Below are positions 11,358 to 25,198 of a DNA stretch of 64,000 nucleotides, piece after piece (within the stretch, counting starts at the first letter, position 1; the number at the start of each line of letters is the position of its first letter). The translations under genes and the position numbers were made by a program. This DNA comes from Carcharhinus amblyrhynchos (Eukaryota): NCBI GenBank assembly GCA_965287045.1, contig OZ336886.1, forward strand, positions 19,964,001-20,028,000, given 5' to 3'. Below the pieces are notes generated by a model that saw only the letters and a program-made list of their open reading frames with translations, did not search any database and was not told the DNA's origin.

Positions 11358-14300
11358 TTAAACAAACATTGCATATATGCTGGGGAGTGTTTGGATCTTA
11401 GTCTGACCATTGAAAACCTTCAAAGTCAGGCCAAATTTTTATCAGACATATTTATTGAAAGTACATATTTGGTTAAACTCAGTTAAACTGATTCCCATCA
11501 AAGAGGAGTTAGCACTCAAAGAAATAGAACAGATACCATACTAATGTGAATCAATGTGGCACATTGTTAACAGCACTCAGATATGGTTATTCAGGACTAT
11601 TTTCATTTATGATGTTTAATGTATTTGCTTAGTATTTGCGCACTATATACATCAATGGAAATTTAATAGCATTAAGTAGCGTGTTCCTATGAATTGTATA
11701 ATACTGCACCGATATAATCTGTACGACACTGCCCCTCTATAAACACAAAAGTTTTTGTCATAATTCACTTGAATCTATTTGATGATAAAGTTCTTTTAAG
11801 TTACTCATCTTGGTTAAATAATTTTACTTACTGAGTCTAACTAGAACTGTGCCAACCAATTATTTTAGCAATCAAATAGCCTAATCATCACTAAGACATT
11901 TAATCAAACCCTTACACAAATAGAACAACGTCCTAGATAAGAATGAACTCCGTTTATTGCACAACGCGCTAGGAGCTGGCAATGTTTTGCACAAGCTTCA
12001 GAGACATTTTAAAACAGTTAGTGAATCACCAATAGTGAAAATAATTTGCTCTTATTTCAGCTAATAAACTAAAGGCCAAAATATATTTGTTTTTGTGTAA
12101 TATTGCATCATGTGTTGGCTGCTACACTGTACCCAAGCATTCTTTCAGTTCGAAGGCAATCCAGTTTTTCTTTATTGAAACTTCTAAACAAACATTCGAT
12201 GGGGACAACCTTTTGCTTTTAATGATGATGTGCCTATCTTTTACGTGAATACTTTTGTTCTTCTAATAGCCCCAAAATTAAGGGTGTACTCTTAGTCATG
12301 AATGATAATGTTGGCTTACGCTTTGGCTAATCAACGCCTTCATAAAAAAGGTAGAAATATATCCAAAGAGAAAGCGAATCGAATCGGGAAAACATTGTAC
12401 ATTGAAATCAGTTGCAGTAAATTACTTCAACCTTTAAATGGATCATAAAGCTTTTATATTAAATCTATTATCTTCATCACTAATTGCATTAAAGTTCACC
12501 ACTTACCATAATGCAAAGGCCAAATATACAAATTGGAGCCCACAGGGATTTCTCATAGCAATTAAGCTTATATTTTTATTATTCATTCTATTTTCTGGAA
12601 TTATTCAGTAACCAATACCATCATCTCATTATCTTGAGATACTTTAGAGGGTTTATATTTAATAAATAGAAAAATAATTTATTTTATGCCACAGTTTTGT
12701 CTGTAAGCCCAACTGAAAATATCTGCATCTATTCTACACTGACTAGTTATAGAATATTGATACATGTACAAAGGAAAAATAATTATCTCGCCGCAAATTG
12801 GTAACTGTATTTTATGACCATATTTATATTGCCCCAATGCATAATCCCAATTACTTTATTTCTCATCATAAAAATATAAATTCAAACATTTCATTACTTT
12901 TATCAATTTAATGACCCTGTAAAATACATTCTGCAAACAACCCAGAATTATTGCCACTCTCAAGTTTCACTGCAAACTAAAGAAAAAGATAACAACAAAA
13001 GTAAGTTGGGCTAACATATGCTAACATACGCATATGCAGCTCTAGTCTAACCAAACTACTGCAGTGTCAAAGTATATAGAGGTTAAATCCACCTTGCTGC
13101 TCTGACATCTTCACTTGAACGGCGATCGTTTCTTGTCAAGCGTTTTGTAAGATTTTTAAAATTACATTTTAAAAGTTGAGATATTTACAGTATAGCAAGC
13201 TAATCTTGCACATGAAGGGCAGGGGGTTCATTTTCCAGTGCTTAAGGGAAATTCTCAAAGTTATTGTGACTGGAATGAAGTTCAAAATCAATGTTTTGTT
13301 GAAATAAAATCCTATTATAATTGACTCAGACACAAAACACCAATAGCAGCATTTTATGTCTTATCTTACAAATTCTACCTGGCCCCACAGTTGTGTTCTT
13401 GTAACCAATCCCCTGTTGCTCTGCTTTGACACTTCCTCTATGTGCACTTACTCAACACTCCCCCTTCTGGTCTTTACTTACTACATGTACAACACTTAAC
13501 AAAAAAATCTTATATCAAAACAAGGTACCCCTTGCTCTAAGAATTGTTTGATGAATGCACCCTCTTCTGGGACTGTGTATTTTTGTGGGTATACATATTA
13601 CACCCTTTCACAAGATCTCTGCTACCCTGTACCTCAGCCAACCTAACAGTTGAACCAACTCCAGAGCTTGAATTCTCTTTGCATTGGCTATAAGATCATC
13701 CCTCCATCCAGCCCCACCCATACTTGTGGGTCTCTCTTTTCCCATTGCCATGGTGATACAGAAAAGATAATGGCAGTTTCAACAGGTATTCGGATAACAT
13801 ATGGTTAAGATGCTGAGGCTTTGTTATTTGACTCTTCTAGTGTTTTTGCCTGCTATCAAAATTCAGTCATATTCTTAAACATCCTGTAGGAGGTACAATT
13901 AGTCACTTTCACTTGGTGGAATTTGTATCTCTCCTCCTTTTCCGCTTGCTTGCCAGATAGAGATTTGGTGGCAATATTGTGAAAGTAGTTACCACTTATT
14001 TGCCATGAACAAATCCTGTTGATTAGCCATTTGCCAGTGGCATACCATGATACCTTAGGAGAACTAAATTTAGAAATCTAATTTCTACTGTACATCTTTT
14101 ATAGATAACATCTTTCCCCCTTCCCTCATGTAACCATGCACATTTCCCTTGAATTTAATATACTTCTTTCAGCCAGGATAAATACAATAGTCTCTTTTCA
14201 TTTAGGATAGGGCAGTTTTGACCTATAGCCAAGGTCATGATGCAGGAGGAATCATCGTTCAGACATTTTTCTTTCCCTTCTGATAGCTCCTCATGATTTG

Positions 14301-15499
14301 AGCAAACTGTTTACTCAGACTAGACCACCACGTGCTTTACCTGGCTTATTCTCATGGGTTTTGGATCTTTTGACAGCTATACATTCTCTGGCATTTAAGA
14401 ATTCATTCTGCCCTTAATTCCATTGGATTTTTAATGCTTAGTTTTCCTGCTACATCTTAGTACATTTTCCCATCTAGCTTGGAGTGACCTTTGTATCTGT
14501 TATTACACTCTTTTACCGATATTACATCCTGGAAATGCGTTCCCCATCAACTTAGCTGGAAGGTATGCAAAAATCACATTAACAGATTTAACTTGTCTCC
14601 ACTTGGAAGCCTTGCTCTGCACCTAGAGTTTGTGGCAAAGGATCCATTTACATCAGGTTTTCCGTGGTAAATAATAGATTGCTAACAGAAACACTAACAA
14701 GAAACGGGCAAGGCCATTATATTATTTAATGATCATATCAATGGCATAGCAGAGAGTTATAGCTAGTATCCAAACAGAATGAGTTGCTAATAAGATAATC
14801 TTGAATTTTCAGGCATGTAAGCAATAGCCAAAAGGTCTCTCTCTGCCTCCACCTACCCATGTTTGACTTCCTTCTGCGTTATTCAATGGAGTCACCCGAG
14901 TGGCTGTCATTGTCCTTGCTGAGACTCCCACAATAGTCTTGCATCTATCTCCAGATGACGTGGTATCAGTGCAGATGAGGTCTTAGATTTTCCTTTATCT
15001 TTTGGCATGCTCTTTGTTCGCAACTACTCCTTCTCCAGCTGCTCTTTCGATTTGAATGAGACATGCAAAGACCTTTGCAACAGGCTGGCCTGGAGCTGCT
15101 TGTCTAATCTCACATGTTGCAGATATTCCTTGTTGGACTTTCTTCTGCCAGGAATCTCCAGAGGCAACCTAGTAAATTTGCATCATGATGTCCTTACCCA
15201 TGTGGATATTCTTTTGAAAAAAGCAACTTGTCCAATTTTCCATTATACCAGGAACCAGTTACACGTTAAATATCAATGACAAAAATCAATGGTGACTTCT
15301 AAAGGAAATAATTTTACTGCTTATGTTTTTCTTTCTCCTCATGTAAAGAAGGAAGTAAAGTGCTTCAGTATCACGTATTCATAGAGAATTTTTTAAAAAC
15401 ACAATGTGGGCCAGCATGGAATAGCAGGTTGCCAATCTGCTCTTTTTACTCAGCTCAGTCTGCAGCTGCACATTTCTCATCCAGACTTCTGAGCCGAGC

Positions 15500-17431
15500 C
15501 TGCTGGGAACAGTGCAGTGCTGCTGCTCCGGACCTGCTGAGAACAGTGCAGTGTTACTGCTCCGGACCTGCTGGGAACAGTGCAGTGTTACTGCTCCGGA
15601 CCTGCTGGGAACAGTGCAGCGTTACTGCTCCGGACCTGCTGAGAACGGTGCAGTGTTACTGCTCCGGACCTGCTGGGAACAGTGCAGCGTTACTGCTCCG
15701 GACCTGCTGGGAACAGTGCAGTGTTACTGCTCCGGACCTGCTGGGAACAGTGCAGTGCTGCTGCTCCGGACCTGCTGGGAACAGTGCAGCGTTACTGCTC
15801 CGGACCTGCTGAAAACAGTGCAGTGTTGCTGCTCCGGACCTGCTGGGAACAGTGCAGTGTTGCTGCTCCGGACCTGCTGGGAACAGTGCAGTGTTGCTGC
15901 TCCGGACCTGCTGGGAACAGTGCAGTGTTGCTGCTCCGGACCTGCTGGGAACAGTGCAGCGTTACTGCTCCGGACCTGCTGAAAACAGTGCAGTGTTACT
16001 GCTCCGGACCTGCTGAAAACAGTGCAGTGTTGCTGCTCCGGACCTGCTGAAAACAGTGCAGTGTTGCTGCTCCGGACCTGCTGAAAACAGTGCAGTGTTG
16101 CTGCTCCGGACCTGCTGAGAACAGTGCAGCGTTGCTGCTCCGGACCTGCTGGGAACAGTGCAGCGTTACTGCTCCGGACCTGCTGAAAACAGTGCAGTGT
16201 TGCTGCTCCGGACCTGCTGGGAACAGTGCAGTGTTGCTGCTCCGGACCTGCTGAAAACAGTGCAGTGTTGCTGCTCCGGACCTGCTGGGAACAGTGCAGT
16301 GTTGCTGCTCCGGACCTGCTGAGAACAGTGCAGCGTTACTGCTCCGGACCTGCTGGGAACAGTGCAGTGTTACTGCTCCGGACCTGCTGAAAACAGTGCA
16401 GTGTTACTGCTCCGGACCTGCTGGGAACAGTGCAGTGTTGCTGCTCCGGACCTGCTGAGAACAGTGCAGTGTTGCTGCTCCGGACCTGCTGAAAACAGTG
16501 CAGTGTTACTGCTCCGGACCTGCTGAAAACAGTGCAGTGTTGCTGCTCCGGACCTGCTGAGAACAGTGCAGTGTTACTGCTCCGGACCTGCTGAGAACAG
16601 TGCAGTGTTACTGCTCCGGACCTGCTGAAAACAGTGCAGTGTTGCTGCTCCGGACCTGCTGAGAACAGTGCAGTGTTACTGCTCCGGACCTGCTGAGAAC
16701 AGTGCAGTGTTACTGCTCCGGACCTGCTGAAAACAGTGCAGTGTTGCTGCTCCGGACCTGCTGAGGACAGTGCAGTGTTACTGCTCCGGACCTGCTGAGA
16801 ACAGTGCAGTGTTACTGCTCCGGACCTGCTGAAAACAGTGCAGTGTTGCTGCTCCGGACCTGCTGAGGACAGTGCAGTGTTGCTGCTCCGGACCTGCTGG
16901 GAACAGTGCAGTGTTACTGCTCCGGACCTGCTGGGAACAGTGCAGTGTTACTGCTCCGGACCTGCTGAGAACAGTGCAGTGTTACTGCTCCGGACCTGCT
17001 GGGAACAGTGCAGTGTTGCTGCTCCAGACCTGCTGGGTACAGTGCAGTGCTGCTGCTCCGGACCTGCTGGGAACAGTGCAGTGCTGCTGCTCCGGACCTG
17101 CTGGGAACAGTGCAGTGTTACTGCTCCGGACCTGCTGGGAACAGTGCAGTGTTACTGCTCCGGACCTGCTGGGAACAGTGCAGTGTTACTGCTCCGGATC
17201 TGCTGGGAACAGTGCAGTGTTACTGCTCCGGACCTGCTGGGAACAGTGCAGTGCTGCCGCTCCGGACCTGCTGGGAACAGTGCAGTGTTACTGCTCCGGA
17301 TCTGCTGGGAACAGTGCAGTGTTACTGCTCCGGACCTGCTGGGAACAGTGCAGTGTTGCTGCTCCGGATCTGCTGGGAACAGTGCAGTGTTACTGCTCCG
17401 GACCTGCTGGGAACAGTGCAGTGTTATTGCT
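15500..17431. repeat. 34-bp minisatellite, ~57 copies, consensus CTGCTGGGAACAGTGCAGTGTTACTGCTCCGGAC
   Basis: Uninterrupted head-to-tail array. Variants are limited to a few positions (ggga/gaga/gaaa, gtg/gcg, tta/ttg/ctg, ggac/ggat). Confidence 0.98.
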
Positions 17432-17901
17432 GCTAGAGGCCTTCATTGCAGAGCTAGATTAGGAGGTGGTGAGTAAGGGTTTATAGTCGGGGGCCTGCAA
17501 TATAGTGATCCAGGAATTAGAATAGGTCTTAATCCTTCTAACTCTCCCTTGTTAAGTATTCTACTCAGACTATCGGAATTTTCCCAAGTCTCCGACTTTG
17601 AAACAGAAAGTTCCAGATTCAGGGCAGTTGAAACCTCCCTAGCAATTCCCATTCAGTTCTTGTCTGGGGATTTCCGAGAGGTCCCTTAGCCCCTCTTCCG
17701 AGGTACCTCCAGGAAATGGAAGATCCAGACCTTATTTATAATAATAATTATAAGTGGTTAATTTTTGATTAATTAATCATAAATTCCATGTGATCAATTA
17801 CACGATAGATTCTTACTAATTATAATGTTTTGCATCTCACTTTCAAACAAAACATTTGATGTGATTCTGCACAGATTAAGTAAAAATCTGTGAATGAGTG
17901 G

Positions 17902-19909
17902 TGTAACAATCCAGTTGATGTTATAACTGGATGGGAAGATCCCAGAATGGAACTCTAACTTAAAAGATTATAACTTTTACTTTTTGTTTATAAAATGTGA
18001 AGGAACAGAACCGCAGGGTTACTGATAAGTTTAACAATGGAAAAACATTCAACACTAAAAAACTGGATTAATATATAATACTCCTTTAATCTCCCCTTAG
18101 CTCAACAATTACGCACAGATATTAAGTTCAGTGTGGATTACAAAGTACATCTTAAGCTACAAAGATATCATCAACACAAAGTCCCTTTAAGCACACAGAT
18201 TGGATGTGGCCCAAATCACACCCCAGCCTGAAGCCACATTAGTGTCTGAGGATTTCCCCTCAGCTGTATAGGGCATTGGTGAGGCCGCAGCTGGAGTACT
18301 GTGTGCAGTTTTGGTCACCATACTTACGCAAGGATATTTTGGCCTTAGAGGGAGTGCAGAGGAGGTTTACTAGGCTGATACTGGAGTTGAGGGGGTTGAG
18401 CTATGAGGAGAGGCTGACTACACTAGGCTTGTACTCGTTAGAGTTTAGAAGAATGAGGGGAGATCTCATTGAGACGTATAAGATGATGAATGGGATGGAT
18501 AGGATAGAGGTGGAGAGACTCTTCCCGCTCAGAAAGGATAGTAGGACTAGGGGGCACAGCCTCAAGATAAAGGGGGGGTGCGGTTTAGAACGGAGTTGAG
18601 GAGGAACTTCTTCACTCAAAGGGTGGTGAATCTCTGGAATTCTCTGCCCGTTGAGGTGGTGGAGGCTGCCTCGCTAAATATTTTTAAGACGCGGGTTGAT
18701 GGGTTTTTGATAAGCGAGGGGATTAAGGGTTACGGGGAGAGGGTGGGAATGTGGAACTGAGCCACGACAGATCAGCCATGATCTTATTGAATGGCGGGGC
18801 AGGCTCGAAGGGCTAGATGGCCTACTCCTGCTCCTATTTCTTATGTTCTTATGAACCCCCTCCCCACCCAGATGACTGAGTTTCCAAACTCTACTCACAG
18901 AAAAAAAAAATTTAAAATCTTCTTGCACAACAATGCTTTCCATTAAGGGTTTGCATTCCAAAATCGAGTCCAGGTTTTCCAAATGACTCATTTAAATAAA
19001 GGCCGGAATCTTCCAGCTGCTCACCATGGCAGGATCTTTTGTTTTCTTATGGCATGCCCCTGACTTGTGCTTGCTGGCGGCCTTGAGTGAAGTCAATAGG
19101 AAATCCATTCGGAGTGGGACCAAAAGATTCAGCCACCAGCAAATGGTGCGCTGCATCCTGCTGCGACAAAACATGCCACGGGGAAGCCAGAAAATCCATA
19201 TCTCCACCAAGCGTCTGCTCCACTTTCAACCATGAATCCAGCATCCAGGTTTTACCACTTCTCTTTCAGGGCTTCTTTGTCTTGACTGTTGTACAAACTG
19301 ATCACAATTGTTTGAACTACAAATTCTTAGATTCTGTTAAGATGACATGAAACTTTTGATTTACCTTTGAAATCTGCTCTTCCACTGAAAAATCTGGTTA
19401 CTGCAATTCAGTTTTTCAACTCAGAGCACTTTGTTTATTCTTCTTTGAATTTTTCTCTTAACTTCAGTCATCTTAAGACATTCATTCTGTCAGAATTCCC
19501 TAGTTATCTGGACTGTAACTGGTTCCTTAGAAAGCTACCTCTCTGCAGCCCCCTTGTCCTGTCAAGCTTCTCTTGGCAGAGTTGAGAGATGCTCACTCCC
19601 CAGGACCTTGTCTCTAATTGCCAACAAGTTTAGCTAAAACAAACAGCAAAGGAATCCCTTCCCTCTGGAAGGTGGCCCCTGTCATTAACACTGCTAGTTT
19701 ATTTATTCTTCATATTGTAGCCCTCTCTAAGCACAGTAGAAATACAGCTGGAGCTTAACCTACTTCCATACATACAAATGTCTTTGTCCATCTACACTTT
19801 ATCCCTCCTTTCAAAGAAACATTACATTAAACCCACTGAAAGAAACCTTATTTCTATTGTTTAACAATGGACATATGTATCCCTTAAAACCACCTTTGTT
19901 TTCATAACA
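17902..19909 (-). mobile_element. Probable solo LTR interrupted by a CR1 and a short MITE-like element
   Basis: Ends TGTAAC...ATAACA, flanked by gtgg / gtag (possible 4-bp TSD with one mismatch). Non-coding interior. Confidence 0.45.
18263..18853 (+). mobile_element. Young 5'-truncated CR1/HER1-type LINE (end of ORF2 plus 3' UTR)
   Basis: LVRPQLEYCVQFWSPYLRKDILALEGVQRRFTRLI...RGDLIETYK...RTRGHSLK then RRNFFTQRVVNLWNSLP. One frameshift in a G run near 18572, tail ttcttatgttcttatg. Confidence 0.95.
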
Positions 19910-22854
19910 GTAGAAAATTGACAAAGACTAGAAAGCAGCAGGAGATGGTCTGTCCAAGTCAAAGTGAGGTAGGACAACTTTTGTGTGGGATGAGAGAGCG
20001 AGAAATTAACTACTACAACAGTTCTCATGTAATGCTACCTTCATTCTGAACTGAAGGATAAATGAATAGCTCAATTCATAAAACTAATCACATAATTTAA
20101 TGTAGAATTTCAAATAATATCATTATCATTTCCTTTAATTTTTATTGTCATTAGATTCTTCCTTAGTGGATCATTTGTTTGAACTTAATTTACATTAGAA
20201 ACCCTTCTCTCTAATTCAATTTATAGTTTATTTTCTGCTTTGTATAAAGATTTATTAGTAGGGGGGGAACATTCTAAAAATGGTTCCTGAGAATCTCATT
20301 CAGAATAAAACAGTCCATCATTGTGTGTGTCAACTATATGCCAAACTCATTTATAACTTCATTAAAGAACTTTGCCATATAGAATAGATAAATGTTTTAA
20401 GCTTGATTTAAATCTGTGAAAATCGATGATGTATTACGAGAGAAAACAAGGGTGCCAATATACTTTTACTTTGTTCAGGAAGCACAAGGTTAGGCCATAT
20501 GAGGCTTATTCATTTGTTTATAAAGAGTAGTATTGATGTGTTTGACACTTGATGCATTCAGAATATGAATAAGTCCAGTTTAGCATTAGACATATGACTG
20601 ATATTTCCAGCATGTGATTGCCTAGATTTTAGAATAGGCTTTTTATACCCAACATACAGACATTAAAAAAAAAGCTTTTAATGAAAAATACAAGGAGTTT
20701 GATTACACCCATTAGCTGGAAATGCAATGAAAAGCAGATTATCGGAAAAATGTTGTCAGATGACAGTTCAAGAAACTGAAGACATCGCTGAATGAAAGCA
20801 CAATGTGAGAAATATACTTCATGAACCAACTCTCCAGAGTGGCTTTTCTGTCAACTTGCAGAAGGAGCAATGCTCTTGAATGACTGCAACCCATTGATCT
20901 CGCCAGGACTACCAGAACACATCCTACGCACCATAAACGGTCACAAGTGCCTTCTCATCTGCTATTAAGTGGTCTCCCCAAAACAGTGCTTCTGTTTTTA
21001 TATCGCCAAGCCTTTGCTGAGGATCTTTCAACTCCAACCAGGATGTTGGGTACATTAAAAGGTTAATCATCATTACAGCAGTTCTTCATTGCTTACTCTT
21101 CACTGAGACCACAAAGGTTGGCCTCATATTTTCCTTTTTCCCAGCACTAATCAAGTAAGAAGGGTACTTTTTTTGGCCTGTTCAATTCAGCGTAATTCGT
21201 GCTTTCATAAGTAACTGTATATGTATCAAAAATAATATGTATCAAAAATATGAGCAATTCAAATTTTCTGTAAAAATGAACCTCATGAACACACATCTGA
21301 AGAGGAAAAGCAAAGCGTCATCAACTGGAAAGCACAACAACACATTAGGATAGAATTTCTCTTGCTAACTGGGCATGGGGGTGGCATTGTGACTGACTGC
21401 CTCTACGTAGAAACTGCTTAATTTTTATTTCCGTTGATTGCAATCAGGTAAAATATATAATGGGTAAATGATCCACCATCAGACATTTTCTGTCAAGCAT
21501 CCACAGATAAAATCAACTACATTACGTTTACCTGCTGGGTGAAACATAGCTTTGCTAAGATTCTGACCCTAAATGTCCACAAATTTGCTAGCATATTCCT
21601 ATATTCCTGTAAGGCTGTTCCTGATTTCAATCGGCCAGTCAGTCAGTTAGCAGATTATGTCCTGTTAGACAGGCGCTGCAGATGTTACAATTCAGTTCCA
21701 ATTGACATGGACACTGAAAAGGGGTCGGATGGCAAATAGAAGCTGAATTTGCCAATCAACAGATTTTATCAAAATGCACATTGTCCCTTGCAATTATGTT
21801 CAATATTTGTGCTCAGTGGTATTTTATTAATCATTCTGTGATCAATAAAATGTAAAATAAATATCTTTTTTTTGACAATTTAGCAGCAAGGAATGTACCA
21901 ATCATCACATTGGCACAACTGAAAAATTATTTAGTTTATGAGAAACTGCTTGAAATGATGTCACTCCTGTAAAGATGACCTTCAATCTCCTGGGTGATAA
22001 ATGTCCTAACATACTGCAACGTACATGAGCATTATTCTTCTGCTTTTTAATTCCTATTGAGAGCTTAATATTTATTGCAGATGTGCAACAATAATCCTGC
22101 AACCTGCACATGAAATGCTGACATGCAGTCATAAGTTTAAAGTCTGCCTCTGATCTTTTGGATTCTTAAGTTGTCCTTTTCCCTTGGTTGAAACGCTTTC
22201 AATAACTGGGGTTTATCATAGCTGTGAAAAAAGGCATAAAAGCTCATCACTTGCTAAGAATAAAGAAGTTGAATGTACAGGTTTGCTGTGGCCACATATT
22301 TGGAGACTTTTAAGTTAAACTACAAGCAATGGGTATTTCTACTCCATTCATTATCACTGTGGGATATTGTCAAAACAAAGAGATAGACATGCAAGTCTAC
22401 CATGAAAGGAGGAATTGATTTACAAAGTGCAAAGCATTGTTGAAACCAAAGTTGCAAGAGGACAACCAAAAATTAAATACCTTCAAGATGCATGGATGGA
22501 TTTTAGTCCAGTAGAAAGGGTATCCCAATTTTCAAAAGCAGGTTCAAATATCAGAATATTCCAACACATTTCTGTTGAATAGTACTTCTAAACTATCACA
22601 TTTAAAATATCTTGGCTGTCAAGTTGGATATCCCCTGAAAACAATTGATCTTTGATTAACTTGTGCCCCTTACTCCCTGTGCAAACTGCATGCAGCCTGC
22701 TCGTTTAAATGATGCCATGTTGTTGAGTGGCTGTATACCTGAGCAGGGTGCACAATGTTGAGATGGAGGTCAAGTTAACCAGCTTAATGACAGCATACAT
22801 CTCTTAAATGGGAGGTGCAGATGCAGCGGGTGCAGGGAATGATGGTAACATACC

Positions 22855-23125
22855 TTGAGACTGTGACCCCTTGTTCTAGAACCCCCCCCAGCCAGGGGAA
22901 ACAACACCCCTGTATCCAGTCTGACAAGCTCTGTCAGAATTGGGCATGGGCATTTAATGCTTCAATTAGATCCCCTCTCATTCTAAATTCCAGTGAATAC
23001 AGGCCTAGTCAACCCAAACTCTCCTCATATGTCAACCCTGCCATCCCAGGAATCAATCTGGTGAACTTTCACTGCACGCCCTCTGTGGCAAGTATATTCT
23101 GTTTTAGATAAGGTGGCCAAAACTG
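22855..23125 (-). mobile_element. CR1 LINE fragment
   Basis: Reverse complement of the CR1 ORF2 C-terminal region (agatcccctctcattctaaattccagtgaatacaggcc...ccaaaactg). Confidence 0.85.
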
Positions 23126-23529
23126 TAGTTTTATCTTACAGGGTCCCTGTCACCTTCGTTGTGCAACAGTGGACAGCAAATTGGAGATGTTGCAAATATT
23201 GCCAACTACACCCTGGTAGGAGCCAAATACTTTAAAATTTACAGTCCTGGTCATCTTCACAGTCACTGGCAAAGCAATCCTTACCCAACTCGGAGGTCTG
23301 CAGCAAGTAACTGATTTCAGGGAAGAATGCCTTAATAAAGCAGGGGTATGTGAAATATTCTTTGCTAACGTTCAGAATTGCATCCTCACCATGCTGGGTA
23401 GATATGGCCTCCTGCTTAGAGTGCTTCTCCCCTCTCAGCTTTTCCAGCAGCTTGTCTTATTCTGCATCACCTGCGTTCATTCTCCTTTCATGCTGTATGT
23501 CAAGGAAAATACAAAGTTGTGCACCCTTT

Positions 23530-23910
23530 ATGTGGAGGTGAAGGCTTATTGATGTTATTGACAAACTATTAATCCAAAAACTCAGCTAATGTTCTGGGGG
23601 CCCACATTCCAATCCTGCCATGGCAGATGGTGAAATCTGAATTCAATATAAAAAAAAAATCTAGTGTTAAGAATCTACTGATAGCCATGAAACCATTGCC
23701 GATTGTCAGAAAAACTCAGCTGGTTCACTAATGTCCTTTAGGGAAGAGAATCTTCCGTCCTTAACTGGTTTGGCCTACGTGTGATTCCAGAGCCACAGCG
23801 ACGTGATTGACACTCAACCGGGTGAGACATCAACTCACCAAGGGCAACTAGGGATGGGCAATAAATGCTGTCCAGCCAGCCACACCCGTATGCCATGAAT
23901 GAATAAGAAA
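23530..23910 (+). mobile_element. Second tRNA-derived SINE family
   Basis: Similar throughout to 30360-30710. Body ggttcactaatgtcctttaggga, tail gggcaactagggatgggcaataaatgctg. Confidence 0.8.
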
Positions 23911-25090
23911 ACCATGTTTGAAAACAAGTGCGGATTTTCTGATGAGAGAACGAAAGTTTATAGCTTGAGCCACACCACTTCAGTAACTCTTAAACAATAC
24001 TGGATACCACCAAATACATTGATTAACTCAGCAACAGCCAGTACAAATCAATCAGCCACCAACATTAGATGATGATGGTTTGAAATTGTGCAGGTCGGGA
24101 TTTATCCTGCTGCTGAATGAATATTCATGTTTAAACTACAGCATCGGTTGGAAGATTGAACTCCAAGTTGGTAGCATTGGTGTCAAATCAGTATGATACT
24201 CTTACTAATGTCACAATCTACTGACTCTGCATGCTTCCGATGGATTCTCCAAGCACATCTAATGCCCTTGTTAAACTGATGTCTGGCAGTGATACCTCCA
24301 GATGCATGCACATGCAGTCCAGATACCATTTTGGAGCCAAAACAACATTGAGTGCTGAAAATCTATGTGTTACAGAGCTGAATTTCAAGATTAATCATAA
24401 TTCTTTAACTTTGTTCTGTAGAAAACATTCTTGCAATAGCTAGAAGTATTGCCCTTCTTTCAACTTTCATTTCTCTACTGCATTTCTTTTTTTATAACAA
24501 TGTTATCTCAGGATGACAATTTTTTTTTCTGCTGTTACTTAATTAAAAGTTTCCTTTCTTTATTTCGCCAACTGCTGTTATCCATTTTCTATTCCATAAT
24601 CCTCCATCATCCATTCTCAATGGTGTCAGTATTAGGCACAGTTTCAAACATGCAGTACAGTATACAAAAGGGTTAAATCTGGCCATGCCGGCGTCTGATT
24701 TGCTATTTGGGCAAAATGGCTTCCTCAATTTCAGCTCAACTGAGGAAATTCAGAATAAAAAGTTCTCAGGTTTTCTGACTAACAAGATATTGTGACAGTC
24801 TTGGTCAAAGCAAACAAAATGTTTTTTTTATCCATACTGGCAAAGGGGGGTGGTTACAAGGTTTCATTTATCAGTGTTCACTAACCACCATTTTTTGACT
24901 ACATTTCTATCCGACTTTCACACAGCTATTTTCCACTTAATGGCTGCCATTCTCCCAAATGGATCTAAATGCCCATGCCAGTGGGATTCTCCTACCTGCT
25001 GGGTGCTGATTTTATGCATAGTGGACAACCAGGGCACCAAGGGGCAATGCACTGTTAGCACTGCCAAAGCGTGTGGCGTGAAGAGAGACT

Positions 25091-25198
25091 GAGTGGGGGA
25101 GTCTGAGGCGGTGGGGGAGTCTGAGGAGGGGGTGTCTGAGGCGGCGGTGGGGGGGGGGGGGGGGGGGAGGAGTCTGAGGTGGGGGAGTGGGGTGGGGC
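25091..25198 (+). repeat. G-rich degenerate tandem repeat (gggggagtctgagg) with a long poly-G run
   Basis: Four gtctgagg units and many G4+ runs seen directly. Confidence 0.85.

Noticed and set aside
15500-17431. CRISPR array (repeat length ~34 bp)
   Set aside because: No unique spacers, units are directly adjacent, the context is eukaryotic and there are no cas genes.
15360-17476. Long Cys-rich ORFs (122-212 aa) resembling keratin-associated or metallothionein-like proteins
   Set aside because: Artefacts of translating a 34-bp repeat. The same peptide appears in all three frames and is broken wherever the tga variants fall in frame.
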